From: Octopus bimaculoides
Lineage: Eukaryota
Direction of reading: 5' to 3'
DNA length: 36,725 bases
Assembly (NCBI RefSeq): GCF_001194135.2
Contig: NC_068981.1
Location: 70,555,629-70,592,353, forward strand
Part shown: in pieces, positions 24,488 to 36,378 of the stretch
How the letters are laid out: every line of letters starts with the position of its first letter
Position numbering within the stretch: position 1 is the first letter of the stretch
Notes under the pieces: generated by a model
What the model was told of the DNA's origin: nothing
The model's database searches: none
What the model saw: the letters and a program-made list of their open reading frames with translations, nothing else
Position numbers and translations under genes: made by a program

Positions 24488-24914
24488 NNNNNNNNNNNNN
24501 NNNNNNNNNNNNNNNNNNNNNNNNNNNNNNNNNNNNNNNNNNNNNNNNNNNNNNNNNNNNNNNNNNNNNNNNNNNNNNNNNNNNNNNNNNNNNNNNNNNN
24601 NNNNNNNNNNNNNNNNNNNNNNNNNNNNNNNNNNNNNNNNNNNNNNNNNNNNNNNNNNNNNNNNNNNNNNNNNNNNNNNNNNNNNNNNNNNNNNNNNNNN
24701 NNNNNNNNNNNNNNNNNNNNNNNNNNNNNNNNNNNNNNNNNNNNNNNNNNNNNNNNNNNNNNNNNNNNNNNNNNNNNNNNNNNNNNNNNNNNNNNNNNNN
24801 NNNNNNNNNNNNNNNNNNNNNNNNNNNCCCGAGGCTATAGTAGAAGATACTTGCCCAAGATGCCACGCATTTGGTTTGTAAGCAAGCTACTTACCACACA
24901 GCCACTCTTACGCC
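24209..24914 (-). mobile_element. tRNA-type SINE with internal microsatellite (octopus-type), spanning gap 24488-24827
   Basis: Head ggcgtaagagtggctgtgtggtaagtagc (A-box-like), body, internal (TA)n(TG)n, 3' body ...aaagcggtgctccaccatagccacagtcaaatgactgagacaag and an (aaaagagt)n tail. Continuity across the gap is assumed. Confidence 0.85.
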
Positions 24915-25061
24915 TACAAAATAAATAAATTGAAAATAAATTATATTTTTTACGTATTGATGCGCAATTACCGAAAAAGAAAATCATTAGCGTGTTAGGT
25001 TAAACTCTTTTGAGATAAGAAGCAATAGCAACACTGGTATTTCGATATAATGCCGGGAATT

Positions 25062-25280
25062 AAGGCGGCAACAAGCTGGCAGAATCGTAACAGCGCTGGG
25101 CTAAATGCATAGCGGCATTTCATTTGCCTTTACGTTTTAAGTTCAAATTCCACCGAGGTTAATTTGCCTCTCATTTTATCAGATTCGATAAAATAAGCAC
25201 TAGTTGAGCACAACGGCTAATGTAATTGGCTTACTCGTTCTCCCGAAATAGCTGGCCTTGTACCAAAATTTGAATCCAAT
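25062..25280 (+). mobile_element. tRNA-type SINE, family 2
   Basis: aaggcggc..gctggcagaatcgt (A-box-like) and agttcaaattcc (B-box-like). Homologous to 25644 and 26193. Confidence 0.85.
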
Positions 25281-25643
25281 AAAATGCAGCAAGTTAAATA
25301 ACTAAGCAGTTTAAATTAAGCTAATGTTGACTTGTTCCACTTTCGGGGTTATACATTAAAAATTGGTATTACCAAATCTAAAATAATCTTCTCTTATCAA
25401 GCTTCATACCAATGTGAGAGATTACTAATTAAGGGCAACAAATGGTAAAATGTTATCTATAATTTAGTGTTTAGTACATGTATGTAATCTCTGAGTTTAA
25501 TTACATAGTGAAGAAATTTATTTGTCATGTTGCCATTTTTAAAGATTGTAATTAAGAGAAAATTAGCAACCTTGTTTAGAGTTTCAAGTGTCCACTGTTT
25601 CATCGTTTCATCGTATATTTACTAGCAATATACCGGCTTTCGT

Positions 25644-25860
25644 AAGGCGGCGATCTGGTAGACCCGTTTAGCACGCCTGAGAAAATTCTTAGCGGCATTT
25701 CGTCCATCTTTATATTATAAGTTCATATTCCACCGAGGTCGACTTTGCTTTTCATCATTTCAGGGTCGATAAAAGAAGTCCCAATTGAACACTGGGGTCG
25801 ACGTAATCGACTTAATACTCCCCCGAAATTGCTTGCCTCGTGCCAGAATTTTAAACCAAT
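25644..25860 (+). mobile_element. tRNA-type SINE, family 2
   Basis: Colinear with 25062 and 26193 (ccaccgaggtcgactttgc, ggtcgataaaa). Confidence 0.85.
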
Positions 25861-25884
25861 ATATCGGATTCCGAAATTCCAGGG

Positions 25885-26060
25885 ATAGATATAGTTGACT
25901 ATATCGTCCCAACTGTCTCAGTTGTACAATATTTTATCGATTCCGGAAAAATGAAAGAGAAAGTTGGCTTCAGAAGGACTTAAACTCAGAATCTAAAGAG
26001 CGGGATGTAATATTGTAAAGTAATGTTTTCCACGCTCTGAGTATTTTGTCAAAGCAACAG
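25885..26060 (-). mobile_element. tRNA-type SINE, family 2, diverged, reverse orientation
   Basis: ttttatcgattccggaaaaatgaaagagaaagttggcttcagaaggacttaaactcagaa is the reverse complement of the family-2 B-box and central body. Confidence 0.7.
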
Positions 26061-26192
26061 TAATATTGTGATTCGTATAATAAACAATATAATTGTTTTC
26101 AGTTTAGAAACAAGAACAGCACTTTGGATAGGAGGCATAATATCAATAGCATTGAACTCAGTACTTGATTAGTGCAATAGCTGATCGATTCG

Positions 26193-26420
26193 AAGGCAGC
26201 GAGTTGGCAGAAACGTTAGCACTCTGGGCGAAATGCTTAGCGGTATTTCGGCTATGTTTACGTCCTGAGTTCAAATTCCGCCGAGGTCGAAAGAATGACG
26301 GGCAAACCCTTCATCCTTTCGAGGTCAACAAATTAAGTACTAGTTGCGTAGTGGGGTCGATCTAATCGACTGGCCCCCTCCCCAAATGTTTCGGGCCATG
26401 TGTCTAGAGTAGAAAAGAAT
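26193..26420 (+). mobile_element. tRNA-type SINE, family 2, full length
   Basis: gttggcagaaacgttagc (A-box-like), gagttcaaattccgccgaggtc (B-box-like), tail tagagtagaaaagaat. Confidence 0.9.
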
Positions 26421-27830
26421 ATTTGATCGCTTCTGGAGTGATGAAAAGAAAAGGTGTCCTTAGAGGAACTTGAAACTGGAACATGAAGCGTCGCTAGAAA
26501 CACGACAAGAGTCTCTGATGATTTGGCCTGTCCTACACATTCATATATAATATAACGTGTAATATTATGACTAATATAATTATCACCACATAATGGGATT
26601 GTTTATTTCGAAGTGTTATAATAGTAATCCATAATTTGAATTGTTTCCTACACTTAATCATACAAAAATAAGAGATTATAACCTTTCAATGTAATAAACA
26701 TGATTTCGAAAGCATTATTATTGATTTGTGTATTTTTATATATCGTAAACTGTTCTTTCCTAGAATGTCGTCTGTATGTAATTGATAGAGAAGGGATTGG
26801 AAATTGAAGTCGTTTGCCCTCCAATATACATGTGTATTAATCCTTAAAATATATCTACAATATCCAATTCATATTGTTTGAAACACCAAATATGTGGACT
26901 TCGCTCTCTGTTACAAATAAGAGGTTGTTTCCATGTTCATTTACAAAGGTATTTTTCTTTTCATTTCCTTTTCCGCATCATTACAGCATTCCTTCATGCA
27001 ATTACAATATTTGTTCTTATAATTTTACAGTCCTCCAAGTCAGTGGCAACATAAATGAAAGTATTCCTAACATCACTGACATAATTTCTGTACGTTCTTT
27101 CTCCAACTTCTGTTTCTGAATTTCGATTCCTCTTCGCTTATTTACTTTAACTCCCTATGATACCCAAACATAGATTATTTTTATATTCATTTCCATATTT
27201 ACAATTTTACTTTATTTCATATATTATTGATATGTTATCTCAACAATCAAATATACATATCTATATCTATAACTCCAACAATTTTCTGTTTGCGAACACT
27301 GAGTCTTGCATTTCCTTCCTAACAGAAATTCAAATAGATGACATACTTAATTTCAAGTAGTGAGATTTTTTTGAGCCTATGTCTCTGTTAAATGTAAGTG
27401 AATGTATGTATGTATTGAAAAGCTTCTTCACATTTTCATTCTCTCTTAGTTCCTGCATTTGAAAGATTCTTGTTAGTGGTGAAACTAATGTGTTCGTAAC
27501 AAGGTTATTCATAGATCGCAATTCCCATACACCAGTAAAATTAATGACAAGGACAACATGAAAGACTGACAAAACTTAAATTATACCTTGAAATTACAAT
27601 ATCATAAAAAAATCTAAATGGATTTCCATTTAACTACTTTGGAGCGGTTAAAGTGAAGATTTGCTAAGAAAGGAATGGATTTCAAAAAAAGTAATTTAAC
27701 AATTAATTACACCAAAATAATGTTGATTTTAATGTAAAATCAAATTCTTATAAATGATACATTAGTGAATTATCTTTGCATCATATATACATAAATTTCT
27801 TCTATGAAACTGTATGTGTGTGTGTGCACA

Positions 27831-27874
<44 letters not shown>

Positions 27875-28039
27875 TATACATATATATATATATACATATA
27901 TATATNNNNNNNNNNNNNNNNNNNNNNNNNNNNNNNNNNNNNNNNNNNNNNNNNNNNNNNNNNNNNNNNNNNNNNNNNNNNNNNNNNNNNNNNNNNNNNN
28001 NNNNNNNNNNNNNNNNNNNNATTAAGATAAAAAAATGTT

Positions 28040-29192
28040 TTTTTTTCAATCTAAAATATAATCACCTTTATTTTCTACAATGCTCTTCCATCTATCTGGG
28101 TAGACTTGCAAGGCCCCTCTTCCAAAATTCAATTGTTTGTGATGAAAACTTCCCCTCCAGTACTCTTCTCACCTCGTCTACAAAATTCATATATCTTCCA
28201 TCCAAATGATTTTGAAGACTGCGGAATAAATGATAACTTTAAGGAGCAATATCCGGTGAATATGGTAGGTGGGGCATCGTCTCCCATTGAAGTTACTCCA
28301 GCTTTTCGAATGTCATTCTTGCTCTATGTGCTCGAGCATTGTCCCGATGGAAGAACACCTTTCGTCTTGAGACCAAAGATGGTCGTTTTTATTCTAGCGC
28401 TGACTTAAGTCACTGAAGCTGTTCGCAGTAGATCTCCTTTGTTATCGTTTGGTTTGGGTTTAAAATTTCTGGAATAAACCTTTCATATCCCATCAGACAG
28501 ATAAAAACTCCTTACGTGGTTGAAGGCCTTCTTTAGCCTCGGGTGCCGATATTTCTCCTTTCCCTACCCACTGTCTTCGGCGCTTGACATTTTGATAGAA
28601 AACCTATTTCTCGTTGCCAGTCCCTATTCTGTCCAAAAGAAAATTCATTCGTGATACGTGACAGCAAAGAAGAGCACACGTTCACTCTCTGTGTGCGATT
28701 AGCCTTGGATAGTTTGTGAGGAATCCATTGACCCAAGTTGCTGACTTTTCCGATGACAGGCAGATGTCGATGAATGTTTAATGACCAACTCCAAGCCTCT
28801 GTTCTAGTTTCTCAACACTTACGGTTGGATTTTGTTCCACCTGGGTTTGCATGACGTCCTCGTCAAGCATACAGATCTTCAAGGTCGTGGCTTGTCTTCT
28901 AGGCTGTAGTTTCCGGTTCGGAATTTCTGGAACCACCGTTGACATTGGCTTACGCTTATTGTCCGATCCCCATATACTGCATTAATATTCCTTTCACTTT
29001 CCCTTGCGTTGTTGCCTTTATTGAACTCATAAAGCAAAATATGCTGAATATGTTCCTTTGTCACTTCCATTATAGCTTTGAAAAGCTAATTGTTCAAATC
29101 TTACTGCACTCTTCAAAACTTGCTTCTATACCAAGTTGATGCAGGTAGTTTATCCCGTCCCCTTCTGAGTTTAAGATCATGCAATTGAAAAA
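28040..29192 (-). mobile_element. Near full-length mariner transposase pseudogene; TIRs probably hidden in the flanking gaps
   Basis: MEVTKEHIQHILLYEFNKG...WFQKFRTGNYSLEDKPR (29070-28879), GQWIPHKL (WVPHEL motif), RIGTGNEK (from TGDEKW), WDMKG, YSPDIAP (YSPDL motif). Multiple frameshifts and stops. Confidence 0.9.
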
Positions 29193-30120
29193 NNNNNNNN
29201 NNNNNNNNNNNNNNNNNNNNNNNNNNNNNNNNNNNNNNNNNNNNNNNNNNNNNNNNNNNNNNNNNNNNNNNNNNNNNNNNNNNNNNNNNNNNNNNNNNNN
29301 NNNNNNNNNNNNNNNNNNNNNNNNNNNNNNNNNNNNNNNNNNNNNNNNNNNNNNNNNNNNNNNNNNNNNNNNNNNNNNNNNNNNNNNNNNNNNNNNNNNN
29401 NNNNNNNNNNNNNNNNNNNNNNNNNNNNNNNNNNNNNNNNNNNNNNNNNNNNNNNNNNNNNNNNNNNNNNNNNNNNNNNNNNNNNNNNNNNNNNNNNNNN
29501 NNNNNNNNNNNNNNNNNNNNNNNNNNNNNNNNNNNNNNNNNNNNNNNNNNNNNNNNNNNNNNNNNNNNNNNNNNNNNNNNNNNNNNNNNNNNNNNNNNNN
29601 NNNNNNNNNNNNNNNNNNNNNNNNNNNNNNNNNNNNNNNNNNNNNNNNNNNNNNNNNNNNNNNNNNNNNNNNNNNNNNNNNNNNNNNNNNNNNNNNNNNN
29701 NNNNNNNNNNNNNNNNNNNNNNNNNNNNNNNNNNNNNNNNNNNNNNNNNNNNNNNNNNNNNNNNNNNNNNNNNNNNNNNNNNNNNNNNNNNNNNNNNNNN
29801 NNNNNNNNNNNNNNNNNNNNNNNNNNNNNNNNNNNNNNNNNNNNNNNNNNNNNNNNNNNNNNNNNNNNNNNNNNNNNNNNNNNNNNNNNNNNNNNNNNNN
29901 NNNNNNNNNNNNNNNNNNNNNNNNNNNNNNNNNNNNNNNNNNNNNNNNNNNNNNNNNNNNNNNNNNNNNNNNNNNNNNNNNNNNNNNNNNNNNNNNNNNN
30001 NNNNNNNNNNNNNNNNNNNNNNNNNNNNNNNNNNNNNNAAGGAACACACGATTTAATATGTATAAGGAAAATAAATCAAGGTAGAAAATGCTAAAATAAT
30101 TTTATCATAAAAAAACTTTT

Positions 30121-30156
30121 TAGTACCGGTTTCAGTCATTGAGACTTTTTCAACTC
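30121..30156 (-). ncRNA. Minimal type I hammerhead motif, UUGAAAA core, palindromic stem III
   Basis: GAG-UUGAAAA-AGUC-ucaau-GACU-GAAA-CCG-GUA-CUA. Stem II is a perfect 4 bp. Stem III contains the self-complementary ACCGGU. The site is GUA (cleavage after 30124). Stem I is only 2 bp plus a G.A mismatch. Confidence 0.7.
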
Positions 30157-30269
30157 TAAGTATGGAAAATAATTAAATTTTGAAAAAATTAAATGAAAAG
30201 TTCTGAAAAGAATATTTACATACTGTTCAAATACAAGGGACATTTTCCTTATTTCTCCCTGTCTCTGTC

Positions 30270-30890
30270 AATAGAGAGACTCTCATACCATTATGTTTCT
30301 GCTCTCCACCTTCACCCGTCCTCACCTTGAATACTGTTTGTGGTCTCGTTACCTGAAACAGAACATTGCAAAAATTGAAGCACCCCAGAGATCGATCACA
30401 AGGAAAACAGACGGCATGACAAGTCTTGGTTAACGGAATCGTTTTGAGAAATACAAACGTCGTTACCACCTTCATCACCGCGAGCGTTATATCATTTGTT
30501 TGATGAGGAAAATATTACAACAGCACTGCTCAAATGATGGCATCTTCTTTAAAATTCATCGAGGCTTTGTCTCCTTGCTATCTGTCTGTTACAAAAGTCA
30601 TAACCACATCATATCACAACACTAAGAGAGACCTGTTTGACCACAACTAGTCCTGCTCTCTTTAACATTATACCAAGACAGATAAGAGAAGAAAAAGTTC
30701 TCTTAATATTTAAACGGTTCCTGGACGGATATCTCCAAGGAATTCCACACAAACTACTTATATCTGTTTACATCTCTGCAACAATACTTCTTTAATCCAA
30801 TGATCAATGGTATCCAAAGCATGACTAATGTGGAAAATCTGTGCATGTATTTTCCAGGTGGACTGTTAACTAGCAATGGCTTGCGCCAAT
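30270..30890 (+). mobile_element. CR1-group LINE 3' fragment
   Basis: TRPHLEYCLWSRYLKQNIAKIEAPQRSITRK, RERYIICLMRKILQQHCSND, PALFNIIPRQIREEK and FKRFLDGYLQGIP. Same family as 16130-17340. Confidence 0.85.
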
Positions 30891-30929
30891 GCTGACTCAA
30901 TATAATATGTGACAATTATTCGGTTGCCA

Positions 30930-30992
30930 TAATAAAATTCCGAGTTTCGGATGTCGGGGAGGAAATCTGTTCCGGCATCTCGTCAGTTATTA
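30930..30992 (-). ncRNA. Type I hammerhead motif (left arm), cleavage triplet changed to AUU
   Basis: UAAUAA-CUGACGA-GAUGCCGG-loop-CCGACAUC-C-GAAAC-UCGGA-AUU-UUAUUA. There is a C.A mismatch at the base of stem III. Confidence 0.75.
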
Positions 30993-31022
30993 AGGCAAGC
31001 AAAAATGCATTTTTGTTTGTCT

Positions 31023-31085
31023 TAATAACTGACGAGATGCCGGAGCAGATTTTCGCCCCGACATCCGAAACTCGGAGTCTTATTA
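31023..31085 (+). ncRNA. Apparently intact type I hammerhead ribozyme (right arm)
   Basis: UAAUAA(31023-28)-CUGACGA(31029-35)-GAUGCCGG-14-nt loop-CCGACAUC-C-GAA-ACUC-G-GAGU-C(31079)-UUAUUA. Stem I has 6 bp, stem II has 7 pairs with one mismatch and a bulged C, the core is complete, and the site is GUC. Confidence 0.85.
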
Positions 31086-31560
31086 TGGAAACCGAATAAC
31101 TGTCACATTATTACAAATAAATTCCTCTATTTACATAATATCGAGGTCTCATTCATTCTTTTATTGACATACTATTACTATCAATATATATNNNNNNNNN
31201 NNNNNNNNNNNNNNNNNNNNNNNNNNNNNNNNNNNNNNNNNNNNNNNNNNNNNNNNNNNNNNNNNNNNNNNNNNNNNNNNNNNNNNNNNNNNNNNNNNNN
31301 NNNNNNNNNNNNNNNNNNNNNNNNNNNNNNNNNNNNNNNNNNNNNNNNNNNNNNNNNNNNNNNNNNNNNNNNNNNNNNNNNNNNNNNNNNNNNNNNNNNN
31401 NNNNNNNNNNNNNNNNNNNNNNNNNNNNNNNNNNNNNNNNNNNNNNNNNNNNNNNNNNNNNNNNNNNNNNNNNNNNNNNNNNNNNNNNNNNNNNNNNNNN
31501 NNNNNNNNNNNNNNNNNNNNNNNNNNNNNNNNNNNNNNNNNNNNNNNNNNNNNNNNNNNN

Positions 31561-31589
<29 letters not shown>

Positions 31590-31592
<3 letters not shown>

Positions 31593-31700
31593 ATAAGTTT
31601 GTCTGTGTGTGTTTGTGTGTGTTTGTCCCCCATCATCGCTTGACAACCGATGTTGTTGTGTTTATGTCCTCGTAACCTAGCTGTTCGGCAAAAAAAGGAA
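31590..31700 (+). mobile_element. Truncated 3' body of the microsatellite-containing SINE
   Basis: tgtcccccatcatcgcttgacaaccgatg...gttcggcaaaa matches the reverse complement of 24330-24410. Confidence 0.8.
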
Positions 31701-32312
31701 ACTAGAGTTTAGTGTGTTCTTGTCCTCTAATTCCTTTTGTCTGCCATATTATATCTTCCCTATTTCTTCATTCTTTTATTCTTCTACATTTAGTCTTCTT
31801 CTCTCCTTGTTCTCTCTTCTCTTCCATTCCTTACACACATCTATTGAATACACTTATCTGTTATTTAATATATGATAATAATCTTGGCTTGTTAAAATTA
31901 ATATGGGTACCTGATATTTAGAAAGTGATTATAGTGACGTGAAGAGAATTAGTGACATTATAAACATTATCTGTATGACAAGCATAATGAAGAGATAGGT
32001 AATCCTAGAAGATGCATAATGAGAATTAGGAACTGATAATTATATATTGATGATTAAAATTGCAATTTAAATTTAAAAACTTAAGTAAAATAGCGTGAAA
32101 GGGAATTATTTAAGGAAAAGAACTAAAACAACTTTAAAGTTGACGATTCACAGGCGTGTAATGTTGTGTGGTACAAAATAAGATATGAACATAAGAGACA
32201 CTATATTTGAGGAATGTAAGACGGATTTCTATGTGAGTATATATAGAAATGCAAATAGTTATACAAACTACACTGATATGTATATGGATATAAATATATA
32301 GACATGTGTGTT

Positions 32313-32416
<104 letters not shown>

Positions 32417-33854
32417 CAAATGATAAAATACCAACGAAACTATGAGACTGGCGTCAATGTCTTAGACATAACATAGTTACAAGGTAATGCAGCCGGTTGT
32501 GCTGCACTCTTTTGGTAAGAAGGGTAAAATATTATTAATTTAGAAATATATGACGGAAGGTCACCAGCTATAGTATGATGCAGCGGCATTGCTTCGAAAT
32601 TTAAACAGAAGATTCCCTGGAAATTGTTATGGCTGTCAACAATATCTTTTCAATTTGCGTATGACTGAAGCACGTAAAGTTTCTTTCGTCACTTGCCCAC
32701 TGCAAAATATAACCTCAGATCTGACAACCTCATATAAGCCGAATACCCCAAAATAATTTTCAATAACTTTAACTTACCTTTTATATTTCCATGTATCTTT
32801 CACTAGCGTCATAGAGAAAACGTTTCACTGCAATGAACCGTTATAGTCTGAACGTTATACTTTCATCTACTAATTCAACTTCGGAGGTTGTCTTATATCT
32901 TGTTCCATTAATATCATTTGAAATCCTCCTACATATAAACTATTGTACTATTGATATTCCCCTACGTATTGAAACTGAAATCCCTCTCTGCAGTTCCTTA
33001 CTTATTATCTCTCTTATGTCCTTCTCTAATCTGTTGCCATTCATTACATAGCACACTTATTTACCGTTACCTAATTTCCCTTTGTCGTTTATCTTCTTTG
33101 CTTAACACTAAGTTAACTTTCTCTTTTCCCGATTTCAACTTTTCATTTTCAATTTTAGATTCTAATTTATTATCCTTCATTTTAAATTGTATCAATCGAT
33201 CATTAATAAGGTATCCTCACTATATTAGCGGCCAGATAGGCTAACCCTCATCAAATTCAACAAGCAAACAAAACACATACTTTGTGTATGTGCGATAGAT
33301 AATGTTTACTTTAATAGGGCTGCTTATAATTCGTAATTTAATAAGTGCAAAATGTTTGAACGTAATATATCAGGTTACATCGATTCTAACAACAAACTTG
33401 AGAAATGAACTTTTGTTTTTTATACGTTACAGCATTATTAGTAAATGAGAGTCGTTTTTTTTTAATTTCGCCTTTTACGTTTCAATTAGTTCCTTCCAAT
33501 TGTGTTATTGCTATGACGGTAATAGTGTTAATTTCTAATTTAGGCACAAGAAATTTAGAAGTAAGGTATAGTCGTCGGTATCGACCATAGTGCCTGATGT
33601 TTGCTGTGTTTTAAAGAACCTAGACGAATAAAGACAAAGTTGACCCCGTTGCGGTAAGAACCTTAAGAATATTTAGTCCAAAGTTCTAACAACTGTACTT
33701 CTTCACCATCCTCAGCGATCGTCAATACACATTAGAAGATTCTCATGAATAAAACAAATGAGTATAAATCGCATCTATGAAACAACGAAAACAAAGTACA
33801 TGCAAAACCCACGTATTTCGTGGTGTCAAAAATTTGATAACCATACTTTTCTAC

Positions 33855-34032
33855 AAAGCGAGCTAGCAAAATTGTTAGTACGCCAAATGAGTGCTGTCCA
33901 TTCAGCTTTACGTTTTGAGTTCATATTCCGCCGATGTTGCCTTGACTTGCATCCTTTCGGAGTCAATAACATAAGTGATCGACCAACCAGCGTCCCTACG
34001 GAATTCCAGGCCTTGTGCCCATAGTAGGAAGG
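33855..34032 (+). mobile_element. tRNA-type SINE, family 2, diverged with internal deletions
   Basis: gagttcatattccgccg, catcctttcggagtcaataa, ggccttgtgcccatagtaggaaggat. Confidence 0.75.
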
Positions 34033-35034
34033 ATGGTTTAACGGGATAATAACAGCGCTAATCATAGTATAGTTGAGGTTTCGGAAAGTAAGTTAAGGAC
34101 CGATATCTCTAAAATATCCGCGCAACATACATGATTGGTTTTGTATTCTAAATAATAAATATCGCAAAATTGTTTCAAATGTATAGTTTATTTTTTTATT
34201 TTTATATTTTTTATTTCCTAATTTACTATAAAATTCATATAAAATTTAATAGGTATTATAAATTCTAAAATTAATCTGCGCCAAATCAATATTATCAATA
34301 TTTGCAAACTTTTGCTATATTAAATGAAAACTATATGATGGCTGCTTTCCTTAAATGTTTGTACATAAGTTTTAAAATGCAGTTATATTGTTAGCGAAAT
34401 CAGTATTTCGAAGTGAATTTAAAAAGCAATAATGATAATAGCATATACTAATGTTTTATATGCAAACTAATTACGTAACACAAAATAGAAGGAATCAAAT
34501 GCTACAAGGATGAAATAGAATTCAAGTCAGAAAATATTTCGACACGTAAAACATGAGTATATATTAAGTTTTGGAAACTGTTACAAGGTATAAATTACCA
34601 TTAATATGAAAGCTTACTATATCAGAAAATTTAGAAAGAACACACATAGAACATAATGGAATGTTTAGCTCAGAAGAAAAAATACTAGAAGAATTTGAAA
34701 TTTATATATGATTAATTTGATAGTGAGAGAAAATTCGTCTTTGAAATATTTTATTGATCCAGTTGTGCTGCAAAATATCAAGCGCAATAAAGAGTTTATT
34801 GAGTAATCCTTTAACAATCTTAAATGAGTACTGATGTAATTTATATGCATGTATATATATATGGTGAGGTACGCGCGTGTGTCTGTGTCTGTGTCTGTGT
34901 GTGCGTGTATAGATACACGGATGTGTATATGCATAGACCCATATGTATATATTCATTTTTGTACATCTATATATAAATAGTTATATGTATACTCAAACCT
35001 ATATACACATGCTCGCACACAAACACATATGTAT

Positions 35035-35066
<32 letters not shown>

Positions 35067-36378
35067 NNNNNNNNNNNNNNNNNNNNNNNNNNNNNNNNNN
35101 NNNNNNNNNNNNNNNNNNNNNNNNNNNNNNNNNNNNNNNNNNNNNNNNNNNNNNNNNNNNNNNNNNNNNNNNNNNNNNNNNNNNNNNNNNNNNNNNNNNN
35201 NNNNNNNNNNNNNNNNNNNNNNNNNNNNNNNNNNNNNNNNNNNNNNNNNNNNNNNNNNNNNNNNNNNNNNNNNNNNNNNNNNNNNNNNNNNNNNNNNNNN
35301 NNNNNNNNNNNNNNNNNNNNNNNNNNNNNNNNNNNNNNNNNNNNNNNNNNNNNNNNNNNNNNNNNNNNNNNNNNNNNNNNNNNNNNNNNNNNNNNNNNNN
35401 NNNNNNNNNNNNNNNATATATATATATATATATATTATACATAAAGATTTATATTGTTATTAATGGATCTACTAAAGAATTTAAAACATTTCCATTAACC
35501 AAAACTGAAGTGTTAGCATATTGAATTCTCATAGTAGAAGCAGTTATTACTTCGCTTGAAGATTTTAATGGATAAGATATAGGTTGATTATAGAAAGATG
35601 ATTTTGGCAAAATAGAATTTTAAAAAAAAGTGTTTTGCAAAACGCTCCTTTTTTTCTTTTTTGCAGCATTTGTAACTATCCAGTCATGTAAGTGTCTACC
35701 TTCTATTGGACTAACCGTTACCGCACAATAAATTTCTCTTTTATTCTTCTTGTGGTAACATGCTTATTATTATCTCTGAGCTGCGAAACTGTCACATGCA
35801 AAGAATTGGGAGCTATATTTTTTTTAATAGATCCACAGGAATATTGATTGTAACAATAAGAAAACTCTCCCGAATGACTGCACAACAATATTCATCAATA
35901 CTCACTTGTGTGTAACCTACTTTGAATGTGTCGCTTAGTGCGAGCTGCACACCAACAACCAAAGTAAAGCTAGTTATTACTAGAATAGATGTTTTATTGC
36001 ATTACTTTGAAGTAAGTTTTTTGCCAAACTAACGAACATAAATATTATCATTATAATTAATTGTAACTATTTAGAGTCTTGGTCTTTATTTCTTTAAACT
36101 TTCGGTATGCAGTTATCAAAATTTGGATTTATTCAGGCGTAGGATAATAGTAGTAACTGACCTCTTAATCTTGGATATACACAATGCTCCATTCTATATC
36201 TTCATCGCAAGACATTACGTGATGAGAGACTGGCGAACTGCTATACTTTTTGTGTAAACGAAGTCACAATACAGCCATTGAAATATTTGAACTCTCACTA
36301 ATCAAATTCAACTATGCATTTTCGTTTCACACTTGTGGCTATCTCACCGATTTATGGTGAAGAAAGAATTATATATTA

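Larger units (their letters stand above)
30907..31108. repeat. Spacer-less 202-bp palindrome (92/101 Watson-Crick pairs, no indels)
   Basis: The axis lies between 31007 and 31008 (aaaaatg|cattttt). The arms differ at nine substitutions. Confidence 0.97.

Noticed and set aside
26490-26530. GAAAC...AGA-G-UCU-CUGAUGA, a permuted HHR-like order
   Set aside because: There is no NUH triplet and no stem II pairing.
26870-27350. Purine-rich minus-strand stretches (also 31700-31860 and 32830-33240) that look like old coding DNA
   Set aside because: All frames have stops and there is no recognisable domain.
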